64,000 nt of DNA, from positions 452-64,451 of the forward strand of contig CAYMCD010000004.1 of the NCBI GenBank assembly GCA_964388845.1, written 5' to 3'. The notes beneath the pieces were generated by a model, which had not been told where the DNA came from, did no database searches, and saw only the letters and a program-made list of their open reading frames with translations. How positions within the stretch are numbered: position 1 is the first letter of the stretch; each line of letters opens with the position of its first letter. Position numbers and translations under genes: made by a program. The stretch is from an uncultured Verrucomicrobiota bacterium (lineage in GTDB: Bacteria > Verrucomicrobiota > Kiritimatiellia > CAIVKH01). This document shows positions 1-12,100 of the stretch, in pieces.

Positions 1-101
1 CCATTTTCTACAGTCGGGGTGAGTGGCAAGGTGCAATCGGTATCCGCGGGCGTGAGCTTGTCCGCGCGGAGGGGTGGGTGCGTCGTTGTGAGTGGGGGTT
101 T

Positions 102-150
102 TTACAGACGTTGGAACTCATGACGCGGTGTTATTACAGACGTTGGAAGT
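102..150 (+). repeat. Two direct copies of a conserved AT-rich ~20-bp element (core TTACAGACGTTGGAA at 102-116 and 135-149, 33-bp register) overlapping the 5' end of the giant gene
   Basis: Read directly: tttttACAGACGTTGGAAct (98-119) and atTACAGACGTTGGAAgttc (133-153). The same extended 18-20-mers recur three times at 24504-24566. The element is about 40% GC in a ~68% GC background. Copy 2 lies inside the predicted signal-peptide codons (YYRRWKF) if ATG-120 is the start. Confidence 0.75.
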
Positions 151-3100
151 TCTGCGCGGCGGCTGCCGCTCTCTGGTCGTACCTCTGGGTGACGGATGGG
201 CGAGCGGATGTCTACCTCGGGAAGGATGGCGGTCTCGAGGGCATCGCGACGGTGGACGACAGCACCACCTTCTCCACGGGCCAGTCGAACAAGTGGACCA
301 AGGACAACGCGACGATCACGATTTCGCAGGAAACCGTCAACATCCGGAGCGGCGCGAATGCGCTTCGTGTCCTCAATGCCAGCACGACGGGTCGCCGCAT
401 CCGTTCGCCCTTCAATTCGTTCGGATCCAAGACCACGGGGATCACGATCCAGTATTACCGGATGATCACCAACGTTTCGAATTCCGCCTCCAACCAGGAG
501 GGCGTCGTGCGGAGCTCCACGGAATCGCTCCAGGGCACCTACGACCGGCCTGCGAGCGCCAACAGTTGGGATAAGCAGACCTATTCCCCCGCGAGCGCCA
601 CGTTCACCAGTATCGTCGGAGTGATCCTGTCGCGCGGGCCCACGGCGTCGGGCGGGAACATCTACATTGACGACATGTGCATTTATGACGGTTCCGTTGA
701 CACGACGGCGCCGAACGCGCCGGGGTCCGTCGTGGTGGAGAACGCAACGACCACCTCGCTCGACATACGATGGGGCGCGGCCAGCGGAGGGGTGGACAGC
801 GGCGGTTACTTGGTCGTCCGATACACCGCGAGTCCCGCGGCCAGTGACGATCCGAACGCCAACGGCATTTATGCCAGCAACAACACGTTCACGGTGACGC
901 TGACCGGCACGGTCAGGTATCAGGGGACCGGCACCAACTTCACGGACACGGGTCTCGCGTCCAGCCAGGCCTACTATTACAAGGTCTACACCTACGACAA
1001 GGCCTACAACTATTCGTCCGAATCGTCGGGCAACGGCACGACCTTGTCGTCCTGCACCCCCGTCGGCGCGGTGACCTTTGTCCAGCAGACCAATTACTAC
1101 ACGAAGTACTCAAGCGGCGGCGATATTTTCAACGTGGATGCGGCTCGGATGGGCATGTGGGCCAATTCCGGGAGTGAGCAGGCGGTTGCGTGGCGCGCCT
1201 TCCGCACGGACGGCAGCGGGGGTGGAGAACTGCGCGAATTGCAGCCGGGCGACCGGTTCCGCGTAACGATCAACGGGCCCAACCCGAGCGGTCTGGTGGG
1301 CGTCTCCATCAACGACGGCGCGGCGACGGGATCCTGGGACAATCGAACCAACAATACGCGCGGGTTTATCCAGGTGCAGGGCGGCGGCGCGAACGATTAT
1401 TTCGTCACACACGGCGGCGGAACCCCGGCCTGGTCCGGGGTCAGGCCGAACAGCACGGATCAAACCCTGGTGTTCGACATCCTCTCCAGCGCCGAGTTCA
1501 CGGCGAATATCGAGGGCCAGACGGCCAAATATGACCTGTCCATGCTGAACGGTCCGGGCGACGGCGATCGAGTTGACGGTTTCTCGCTGTTCTTGAACAA
1601 CGACGCCGGGGATATCCACTGGAAGCAGACCACGATGGTCACCAACCTCGGCTACGTCGAGTTGGGCGCGGACAACGGCACGCGCAGCATCGCCGGCAAG
1701 ATCACCGACAGCACGGATCCGGCCTGCACGAACACGGCCGCGCCGAATCTGCTCCGGAAGACCGGAACCGGGACCGTCACCCTGCAGAATACGGCGAACA
1801 CCTACACGATGGGCACGCGGGTCGAGGCGGGCACGCTGGCCGTGTTCAACGACGGCAGCCTCGGCGCGGCGCCCGGCGGCGCGGTGGCGACGAACCTCAA
1901 TATCTGGAGCAGCGGGACCCTGCGGGCGACGAACAGTTTTACGATCAGCGCCAATCGCGGTATCGCCCTCGGCGACGTGAGCGGCCCGGGCATCGAGGTG
2001 GATTCCGGCAAGACGCTGACCTATGCCGGCGCGCTGGGCGGCAACGCGGAATGGAACAAGAAGGGCACGGGCACGCTGGCGCTGACCGGCACGTCGAGCA
2101 CCAACAACGGCAAGGTCGTCATCCAGGGCGGCACGTTGCAGCTCGCGGGCGACGGCAGCCTCGGCGCGGTCCCCGGCGCGGCGTCGGAGAAGATCAACAT
2201 CTGGAGTACGGGCACGCTGGAGGCCAACGCGACGTTCACGCTGAACGCGAACCGACGCATCGAACTCGGCGCCGTGGCCGGACCGAAGATCTCCGTGGCC
2301 GGCGGATATACGCTGACCTACGGCGGACAGATCAGCGGGTCGGCCAATTGGAGCAAGGAGAGCGCGGGCACGCTGGCGCTGACCGGGGCGGTCGGATCCG
2401 CCAGCGGCACGCTGGTGCTCAATGCCGGCACGGTGGCGTTCGACGGCACCAACACCTCGCAGGCCGTGGGCGTGACGGCGTCCGGTTTCCTCTACGGCAA
2501 CGGATCTATCGGCGCGCTGACGATCACCGGCCAGGTCAGCGCGGGCGGCGCGTCGAACACCGTGGGCAATCTCCGGACCACCAGTCTCAATCTCCAGGAC
2601 AACGGCCGGTTGCAGGTGAACTTTTCGGCGATGACCGGCACGGCGGGCACGGATTGGGATGTGATCACCGTCGGCGGCGGATCGGGCACCTACACGGTCA
2701 ACGCGGCTGACGGCTCGGACTTCGTCCTGGCGCTGAAAGGCAACCCGACGTTCAACAACGCGCTGGGCTACACCAACATCATCGCGGACGCCGGCACGGC
2801 GTCCGGCTTCGTCTCCAATAAATTCACCGTCAGCACCGACGAATTCACGCCCGGCCTCGGCGGCGGCGCCTTTGTCGTGGACGCGGCCGGCGGCGACCTG
2901 CGCTTGATCTTCATCCCGTCCGTGGTGGCCGAACCGGACATGGGCGTGCTGGGGACCAACGGCGCGGCCATTTCCAACGGCGATGTCGCGCCCTCGGCGG
3001 CGGACGGAACGGATTTCGGCCAGGTATATGTGTTGGGCGCACGGGCCGTCACAAACGTGTTTGCCATCACCAACGCCGGGACGGCGAATCTGACGCTGTC

Positions 3101-6100
3101 GTCCGTCAGCACCAGCAGCGCGATGGGCGCGGCCGCGGACTTCGCCGTCCTGTCCTGGCCGTCCACGATTTCGCCCGGCGCGAAATCGAACCTCGTCATC
3201 GCGTTCGACCCGTCGGACGTCGGCGTGCGCACGGCCCTCGTCAGCATCGCCAACAACGATACGAACAACAATCCCTACACCTTCGTCCTCGCGGGGGAGG
3301 GCACGGGCGCATATTCGGCCATCACGCTCCAGGGGTTCGAGGGGTCCGCCGCGGACACCTGGACCTACACCCGCGCCGCCGGCGCCGGGGATATCTATGT
3401 GGACGGCGACACAAACGCGGGCGGCGCGTATGCGCTGACCTTCCGCGGCTCGGCGAGCTCAAACTCCGATCCCTATCTCGAGTTCGACACGATTGATCTC
3501 TCCGGATACGGGTCGGTCACGCTGCGCGTGGCCTTCGCGGTCGCCGGCGCGGACAACGGTGACGACCTGGAGCTCGACCTGTCCTATGACGGCGGGACCA
3601 CCTGGAACGGGCCCGGCAGCACGACGCTGGTTTATGGGGCATCGAACACCAATCTCGGGTTTACGGGGACGGGCGCGTCCACCGTGCCGGCCAATCCGTG
3701 GACGGTCGCCCTGCCGTCCACCGCCCAGCAGGTCCGGGTCCGGATCCGCTTCGACGAATCGGCCAACGACAACACCTTCGATCGCTTCTTCGTGGACGAC
3801 ATCGAATTGTCGGGCATGGGCGCAGCGCCGACGGTGGCGCTGGGCGATGTGCTGTACAGCACGTCCGAAACCGACGCGACGGTCACCGTCCCCGTCAGCA
3901 TTTCCGCTTCCTTCTCCGCGACGGTGCAGGTGGCGCTGGCCGGTACGGCGACGGGCGGGGGAACGGACTATTCCGCCAACACCACGAACGTGATTTTCTC
4001 GGCGGGCGGGGCCACCACGTCGAACCTCGTGTTCACGCTCAACAATGACGGCGCCGCGGAGGGGCCGGAGGAAATCGGCGTCACGCTGGTCGCCGCGCGG
4101 GGCGCCAGGGTGGGCGGGCCGGCCGCCGCGACGGTCGTGATCCAGGATGACGACGCCATCACGATCATGTCCGCCAATCTCACGAGCGGAACGAACCTGG
4201 TGGACGGCACCTATTGGTACACCGAGACCAGCCAGCGCATCTTCAAACGCCTCCGGCCCGATGTGGTGGCGATCCAGGAATGGAAGTTCACGAATGCCGG
4301 CGCGCGCGCCTTCGTGGATGCCGTGTTCGGCACGAATTACTATTACTACATCGAGCCGGAGTCCGACCCGAATCCGATCCCCAACGGCGTGATCAGCCGG
4401 TGGCCCATCACGGCGTCGAACGAATGGACCGACACCTATGTCGGGGCGCGCGATCATGCGCAGGTGACGATTGATATCCCCGGGAACCGGGATCTCCACG
4501 TGGTCTCCACGCACTTCAAGGCCGGGCCGGGCGATGCCGCCACGCGCGAAAGCCAGGCCCGGGAACTGACTAACTACATCGCCGGCGCGGCATTTCCGAC
4601 CAATGATTACGTGGTGGTCGCGGGCGACCTGAACCTGACCAACCGGACGGAGACCACTTTCGTCGTGGTCACCAGCGTCGTCACCGACGCGCACCAACCG
4701 GCGGACCGGGACGGCGATCTGAACACGAACCTCGGCCGCTCGGCCCCGTACGACTTTGTGCTGCCCAACCATGTGCTGGACGCCGACCATCTGGCCGTCG
4801 CGGTGGCCGGCGTCTCGTTTGCGAACGGCGTGGTGTTCGATTCGCGCCAGTATAAAGATCATCTCACGCCCATCCTGGTCGAGGACTCCTACGAGGCGAA
4901 CCGCACGCACATGGCGGTCGTCAAGGTCTTCACGATTTCCACGTCGGCCGCGCCGCCGACCGTGACCACGACGATCGCCTCGGCGACCAACCAGACCACG
5001 GCCACGGCGGGCGGCAATGTCACGGACGACGGCGGCGCAAGCGTGACGAATCGCGGCGTGGTGTGGGCGCTGGATCCGGCGACGCCGACCGTGCCCGGCG
5101 CGCAGACGACGAACGGGACGGGCACGGGCAGCTACTCCTCGACGCTGACGAACCTGACGCCCGGCGCGACCTACAACTACCGCGCCTTCGCGCAGAATTC
5201 CGCGGGGACCGGCTACGGCGCGACCAACAGCCTGACGACGCCATGCTTCTCCGGAATCGTTACGGGGCTCGTCGCGAGCGCGACGAACGAGACCGACTTT
5301 ACCGCCGCGTGGAGCAATTTCGCCGGCGCGACGGGGTATTCGCTGGACGTGAGTACGAATGCCACCTTTGGCGGCGCGGGTAGCCCGGATCTGTTCTTCT
5401 CCGAATACGTCGAAGGGAGCAGCAACAACAAGTTCCTTGAAATCTACAACGGCACCGGCGCTTCGGTTGATCTGTCCAATTATAAGGTTCTGCATTTCAA
5501 CAACGGCGCCTCCACGCCGACCTACTCCCTGACCTTGAGCGGGACGCTGTCCGCCGGCGCGGTGTATGTGATCGAAAACAGCTCCGAGTCCCTGGGCGTG
5601 ACCGCGGATTTGTCCACTTCGTCGTCCGTCATGAACTTCAACGGCGACGACGCCATCGCCTTGACCAATACGCTGGCCGGCGGCTATGCGGATGTTATCG
5701 GCCAGATCGGAACCGATCCCGGAACCGAATGGGGGACGGGCAGTGCATCAACGGCGGACAACACCATCCGCCGCATGTCGTCGGTGACCGGCGGTGATAC
5801 CAACGGGGCGAACAGCTTCGATCCCGCGACGGAGTGGGACGGGTATGCCACGGATACTGTTTCCGGGCTGGGATCGCACACCGGGGGTGCATCACCCTCC
5901 TACGTACCCGGCTATTCCAATCGCACCGTTTCCGTGTCCGGCGCGTCCGTGACCGGATTGACCGGCGGCGCGACGTATTACTTCCGGGTGCGCGCGACGA
6001 ACGACTACTGCGCGACGGACAACTCGGCAACGCAGTCGGTGACGACGATTTCGTACGTCCCCGACGTCGCGGCGCTCGGGACGAACCTGGCGGCGATCGT

Positions 6101-9100
6101 CATCAGCAACACGGCGCCGGCGATCGCCAACGGCACGGACTTCGGCTCGATCGGGGTGAATCTGTCCAACCGGATGCACACCTTCACCATCACCAACAGC
6201 GGGACGGCCGCGCTGGGCGTGGGCACGGTGACGACCACCGGCACGCACGCGGCGGACTTCATCGTGGTCAGCCAGCCGGCGGCCTCCATCGCGGCGGGCG
6301 GCAGTTCAACTTTCCAGGTGCAGTTCGACCCAGGCGCGGCGGGGCAACGGGACGCAACGCTGACGTTCACGAACACGGTTTCCGGCAAGACGCCGTATCC
6401 GTTCGCGGCCCGCGGCACGGGTGTTCTGGCCGGAATCGGGTATGGCCCGGCCGCAACGAGCGTCACCGTGATGGTCGGCACGACGCCTTCCGCGGCGGCC
6501 TTCGGCGTGACGAACGTGGGACGCGGGCGCCTGGACTATGCGACATCCACGAACGCGGCCTGGCTGTCGGTGTCGCCGGTGTCGGCGAATCTCAATGAGG
6601 GCGGCGCCCAGGCCCACACGATCAGTTTCAACGTGACCGGTTTGAGCGCCGGGACGAGCAATGCGACGGTGACGATCACGGATGCCGGCGCCTCGAACAG
6701 CCCGCAGACGGTGGCGGTCACATTGATCCTGACGAATATCCCCAATCCGACGGCGGTGTCCGCGTGGGCGCACGGCCGCGAGTTGATCCGGCTCGGCTGG
6801 ACGCGTCCGACCGGGCTCGACGTGATGATCGTGTACCGCGAGACCAACGCGCCCAGCGTGCCCGCGCAGGGGCAGGGCTACAGCATCGGCGATACCTACG
6901 GCGGCGACGGGTCGCGCGTGATCTACAAGGGCAGCGCGGCCCAGTTGGAGCACGTCGTGTTGCCGGGCCGGACCAACCACTACGCGCTCCACGCCATCAA
7001 CAACGACCACTACTCGCCCGGCGTGGCGACGAATATCGCGACGACCGCGTACCCCGCGTCCGAGATCGTCGAGCCGTTCGCCTACACGAATACGGGCACG
7101 CTCGCGACGGGCGGGCACGGCGGCGGCGGGAACGGGTGGACCAACAGCTGGCAGTACGATACCGGAAACTTCAACATCAGCAGCGGCAATTTCGCGAACA
7201 TCTCGGTCTATCCCACGAATGCGGCGAACCGGGTCCGGATCAACAGCGCGGACATTGACGGCACGTCCAAGGCCGCGCGCCGCCACTTCGCGGCCTATAC
7301 GACGGGCAAGGTCTACGCCGCCTACATGCTCAATTACGCCTACAACGGGGCGAACAAATTCGCCGGCCTGTCGTTCATGGACGGCACGAACGAAATGATG
7401 TACTACGGCGAGGATTACAACAGCGACCAGAAGCTGGCCGTCGGCTCCTCCTCCACCGCGACCAACATCTACGCCGGCGTCGGCAACGACTACCTCATTG
7501 TCGGCCTGTACGACTTCACCGCCGACACGGGGTATGGGCTGGTGTACAAGATCGGCACGGACTCGGTTCCCGCGAGCGAGCCGTCCGTGTGGCACGGCTC
7601 GCATTCCAACAACGCGATCGCGCGGATTGACGGCATCCGCATCGCGGCGGGCGCGGGGGGCGGGTCCGGCACGCCGGGCGACACCTATTTCGACGAAATC
7701 CGCGTGGCGACGAGCTGGGAACTGCTGCTGGCCAATTACGCGCAGCCGGAAATAGCGGCGCTCGGCACGAACCTCGCCGTCCTCACGACGGCCAACACGC
7801 CGGATTACGCGAACGGGTCCGATTTCGGGGCGACCGCGGTGACGGGCGGCCAGGTGGACCGCACGTTGTTCATCACGAATTCGGACGCGGGCGCGCTGAA
7901 TGTGTCCGGCCTCTCGACGTCCGGCGCGCAGGCGGCCGACTTCATCGTCGTGTCCTGGCCGGCAAAGGTTTCGCCCGGCGCGGTGTCGAATCTCGTGTTG
8001 CGGTTCGATCCTTTCGCGTCGGGTGTCCGCACCGGCGCGATCACAATTGCCAGCGACGACGCCGACGAGGGCAGCTATGTCTTCCACGTCCGCGGCACGG
8101 GGCAGGTCCCGCCGACCGTCGCCACGACAATCGCCTCCGCGACGAACCAGACCTCCGCGACCGCGGGCGGCAACGTGACCGACGACGGCTACGCGCCGGT
8201 GACGAACCGCGGTGTCGTCTGGAGCGCATCGGCCGGCCCAACCGTGCCGGGCGCGCAGACGACGAACGGGACGGGCACGGGCAGCTACTCCTCGACGCTG
8301 ACGAACCTGACGCCCGGCGCGCCGTACTATTACCGCGCCTTCGCCCAGAACTCCGCGGGCACCGGCTATGGGACGGAATACACATTGACCACCCTCTGCT
8401 TCAGCGGCCTGGTCACCGGCCACTACGTCAGCGCGACCAATGACGTGAACTTCACGGTCGTGTGGAGCAACTTTGCCGACGCCTCGGGCTATGCCCTCGA
8501 CGTATCCAGCAACGCGGGCTTTGCGGTCAACAGCGGCGGCTCCGTCTATACGAACACCTGGGAGGGCGCGTCCAAAGGCGCCTACGCCTCCGGCACGGTC
8601 GTGATCGCCGGGATCACCTGGTGGATGGACGACGCGCTGATCGGCACCAGCGCCAGCGACCGCAAGAACGGGTCCAACGCGGCGCGTGTCCAGAATTCCG
8701 GCGTCATCGGGATGCAGACATCCACCAACATGGGCTTGAGCTCCATCACCCTCCTCCATGGCGTGTATGGATCGGACGGCAACTCCGATGGGCGCGTGGA
8801 GTATTCGACGGATGGCTGGGCCACCTGGTCCACCGCGGGCACGTTCACGGCGACGTCCACCTCCCTGACCGCGTTTGAGGCGACGAACCTGAACGTCAGC
8901 GGCAGCGTGGCGGTGCGCATCGTCAAGACCTCGGGCGGCGGCGACCGCTACAACCTGGACGACATCCTGCTCCATCCGTACAGCCAGGCGCCCTCGTTCG
9001 TGCCCGGCTATTCCAACCGCGCGGTATCCGGAACGAGCGCCTCGGTGACGGGATTGGTGTCCGGCGCGACCTACTACTACCGCATCCGCGCCACGAACGC

Positions 9101-12100
9101 CTATTGCGCGACCGAGAATTCCACGACGGGCTCGGTCACGACTGTCGTTCTGGCCGCCTCGATTGATATCCTGGGCAACGGGGCGCTGATTGTGGATGGC
9201 GACGCGACGCCGTCGCCGACCGACCACACGGACTTCGGCGGGGTGGGGCTGGTGAATTCGAACCTTGTGCGGACCTTCACGATCACGAACGCCGGGCCGG
9301 GCGCGCTCTCCGTATACGGGGTCAGCACCAGTGGCGCGGCGGCAGCCGATTTCATCGTGATTGCGCCGCCCGGCACGCCGGTGAGCGCGGACGCGACCAC
9401 CACGTTCCAGGTCCGTTTCAACCCGACCGCGCTCGGCACGCGCACGGCGACGCTGGCCGTGTCGAACAATGTGACGGGCAAGACGCTGTATGACTTCGTG
9501 GTCCAGGGCACGGGCGTCGCGGCCTCGCTGGTCGTCGCCCCGTCCAGCCTCTCGGTGACCTCGGTGCTGGGCTCGGCGCCGGCCGGCCTCGGGTTCGGTG
9601 TGACGAACAGCGGGCGCGGGGACCTGGTGTACGGCGTGGCCACCAACGTCAACTGGCTCTCCGTCAGCCCGAATGCGGCGACCAACGCCGAGACGGAAGG
9701 GCGCCAGCACACGTTGACCTTCACCGCGCCCGGTTTGCACGCCGGGGTGTCGAATGCGACCATTACGGTCACCGACACGAACGCCGTGGGCAGCCCGCAG
9801 GTGGTGGCCGTTGAATGGACCCTGACGGCCATACCGCCCGTCCTGTCGGCCGGCGTGACGAACGACGGCAACGAACTGGTTCGGATCGGCTGGACGAAGG
9901 ACTCCGGCTACGACGTGATGATCGTGCACAATCGCACCAACCCGCCCTCCGCGCCGGCGAACGGCACGTCCTACAGCGTGGGCGGGGCCGTGGGTTCCGA
10001 CGGTTCGCGCGTGATTTACAGCGGCGGAGGCGCGGAGCTGCAGCACGTCGTGGCGCCCGGCAGCGACAACTACTACGCCTTCTATTCGGTGAACAACAAT
10101 CACTACTCGACGCCTTTGTCCACCAACACGACGACGGGCGCCTATGCCGCCGGCGAAATCGTCGAGCCGTTTGCCTACACCAGCGGCGTGACCATGATCT
10201 CGCGCCAGGGCGGAAACGGCTGGGGGGCCAACTTCTGGACCGGCGACACCAACGCCTTCTCCGTCAGCAATTTGAGCTTCGCCGCGCAGACGAACTATCC
10301 GACCCCGCGCGCGAACAAGCTCGCGGTCACGCCCCAGGATGGCGGCAGCAACACGATCCGTCGCCAGTTCACCAACACCTATGCGAGCGGGCGGCTTTAC
10401 GTCGGGTATATCGTCAACTTCCAGTACAGCGGCGCCGACAAGTACGCCGGACTGTCCCTGATGTCCAACACCACCGAGCGCCTGTTCGTGGGCGAGGTTT
10501 CCACCGCCGACCTGCGGCTCGGCCTCGACGGCAGCTCGTCGAATCGCGTCCTCAACAACGGGGCGGGCAACGATTACATCGTGGTGATGCGCTACGACTG
10601 GAGTTCCGGCCTCGCGGCGGCCAGCGCGTACAAGGTCGGCACGGATGCCGTGCCCGACAGCGAGCCGACCGCGTGGGACATGATGTTGAGCAAGGCGAGC
10701 AATGCCGTCGGGCGGATCAACGGGCTCCGGCTCGTGGCGGGCACGACGGGGTCCGGCACGCCGGGGACGACGTATTTCGACGAGATCCGCGTGGCGACCA
10801 ACTGGAGCGAGTTGATCCAGATGCTGCCCAGCCGGGTCATCTATGACGGCTTCGCATCCTCCAGCGGCGCGCTTTCCGGGGGCGGCGGCGGGACGGGCTG
10901 GTCCGACACGTGGGCGATCGGCGGCGATCCCTTTGCGGACTACACAGCCACCTCGTTCGGGATCGAGAAGTCCAGCTATTACCAGCCGACCGGGAACAAG
11001 ATCGTCCTGTATGGCGATGTGAACGGGCGCTGGATCACGGCCAGCCGGACCTTCCTGGAGCCGTTCACAAACGGCGCCGTCTATTTCTCCTGGATGATGA
11101 ACTACGAGTTCAACGGCACGGACAAATACGCGGGGCTCAAGCTGCTCGATGGCGGTTCCGAGAAGGCCTTCGTCGGCAAGGTGTCGGGCGCGGACAAGGC
11201 CCTCGGCATTGATTCCAGTTCGAGCAACCAGACCTCCACCAACGACATCGAAAACGCTTCGGGCAACGATTACGTCGTCGTCGCGAAATACGACTTCGCG
11301 ACCCGCGTGCTCAGCGCGACGACGTACCGCACGATAACCAACGCGGTCGCGGAGGAACCCAACGGCTACTGGCTGGTCACCACGACGCAGGGCGTCGGGC
11401 ACATCACCAGCTTGACGGGCGTCCGCCTCTCCATCGGCGCCGGCGCGAGCGTGCAGGTGGGCGATGTTTATTACGACGAAGTCCGCGTGGGCACCAACTG
11501 GTTCGAGGTCACCCGCAAGGACGGCGAGGCCCAGGCCCCGGCGATGGCGAACGGACCGACGCCGCGCCTGCTGTACGTCGGCACGAACTACAATCCGGCG
11601 CTCAACCCGCAGGGCATCCTGAACGACATCACCGTCACGGACGCGGACCTGATCAACACCGCCGATCCGCTGGATATCGCGATCCTGTGGAGCAACTCGT
11701 ACGGCGTGTTCATGACCAACGCGAGCCCGGCGATCAAGAACATCAGCTCCCGCCTGGGCCGCGTGACGCCGAACTACGATCCGGTCGTGCTGACCGGGAG
11801 TCAATTCCAGTCCACCGGCGCGGACGCCTCGTTCACCAATTTCGCGGGCAACAACGGCTCAACGGTGGTGACGACCTACCAGCACCGGGCGTTCAACATC
11901 ACCAACTCCACGTACGACGACGCGTACTACATCACCGTCAGCGCGGAGAACAACAACCTGGGCGGCGGGACGTTTGCCGCGCCGAACGCGGGCGACGCGA
12001 TCCCGTACTGGCGCGCGCTCACCGTGAACACCGCGCTGCAGTTCTACGTCCAGGACGACGACATCAGCTATCCGGAATTGCTCGAATTCACGATAGACGG

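Noticed and set aside
78-119. ORF-track start at 78 for the giant gene, and start at 17846 for the TPR-like gene
   Set aside because: At 78 the first 14 codons are translation of the repeat element (FLQTLE..), and ATG-120 gives a canonical signal peptide. At 17846 the upstream part lacks protein-like composition. Both remain possible, hence reduced confidence on the exact start.
102-150. Reading the AT-rich element as an ECF-sigma (GGAAC...CGTT) or sigma-54 (TGGCAC-N5-TTGC) promoter
   Set aside because: GGAAC (113-117) to CGTT (141-144) spacing is 23 nt, not 16-17. No TTGC follows the TGGAAC. The same element also occurs where no downstream gene starts (24504-24566).
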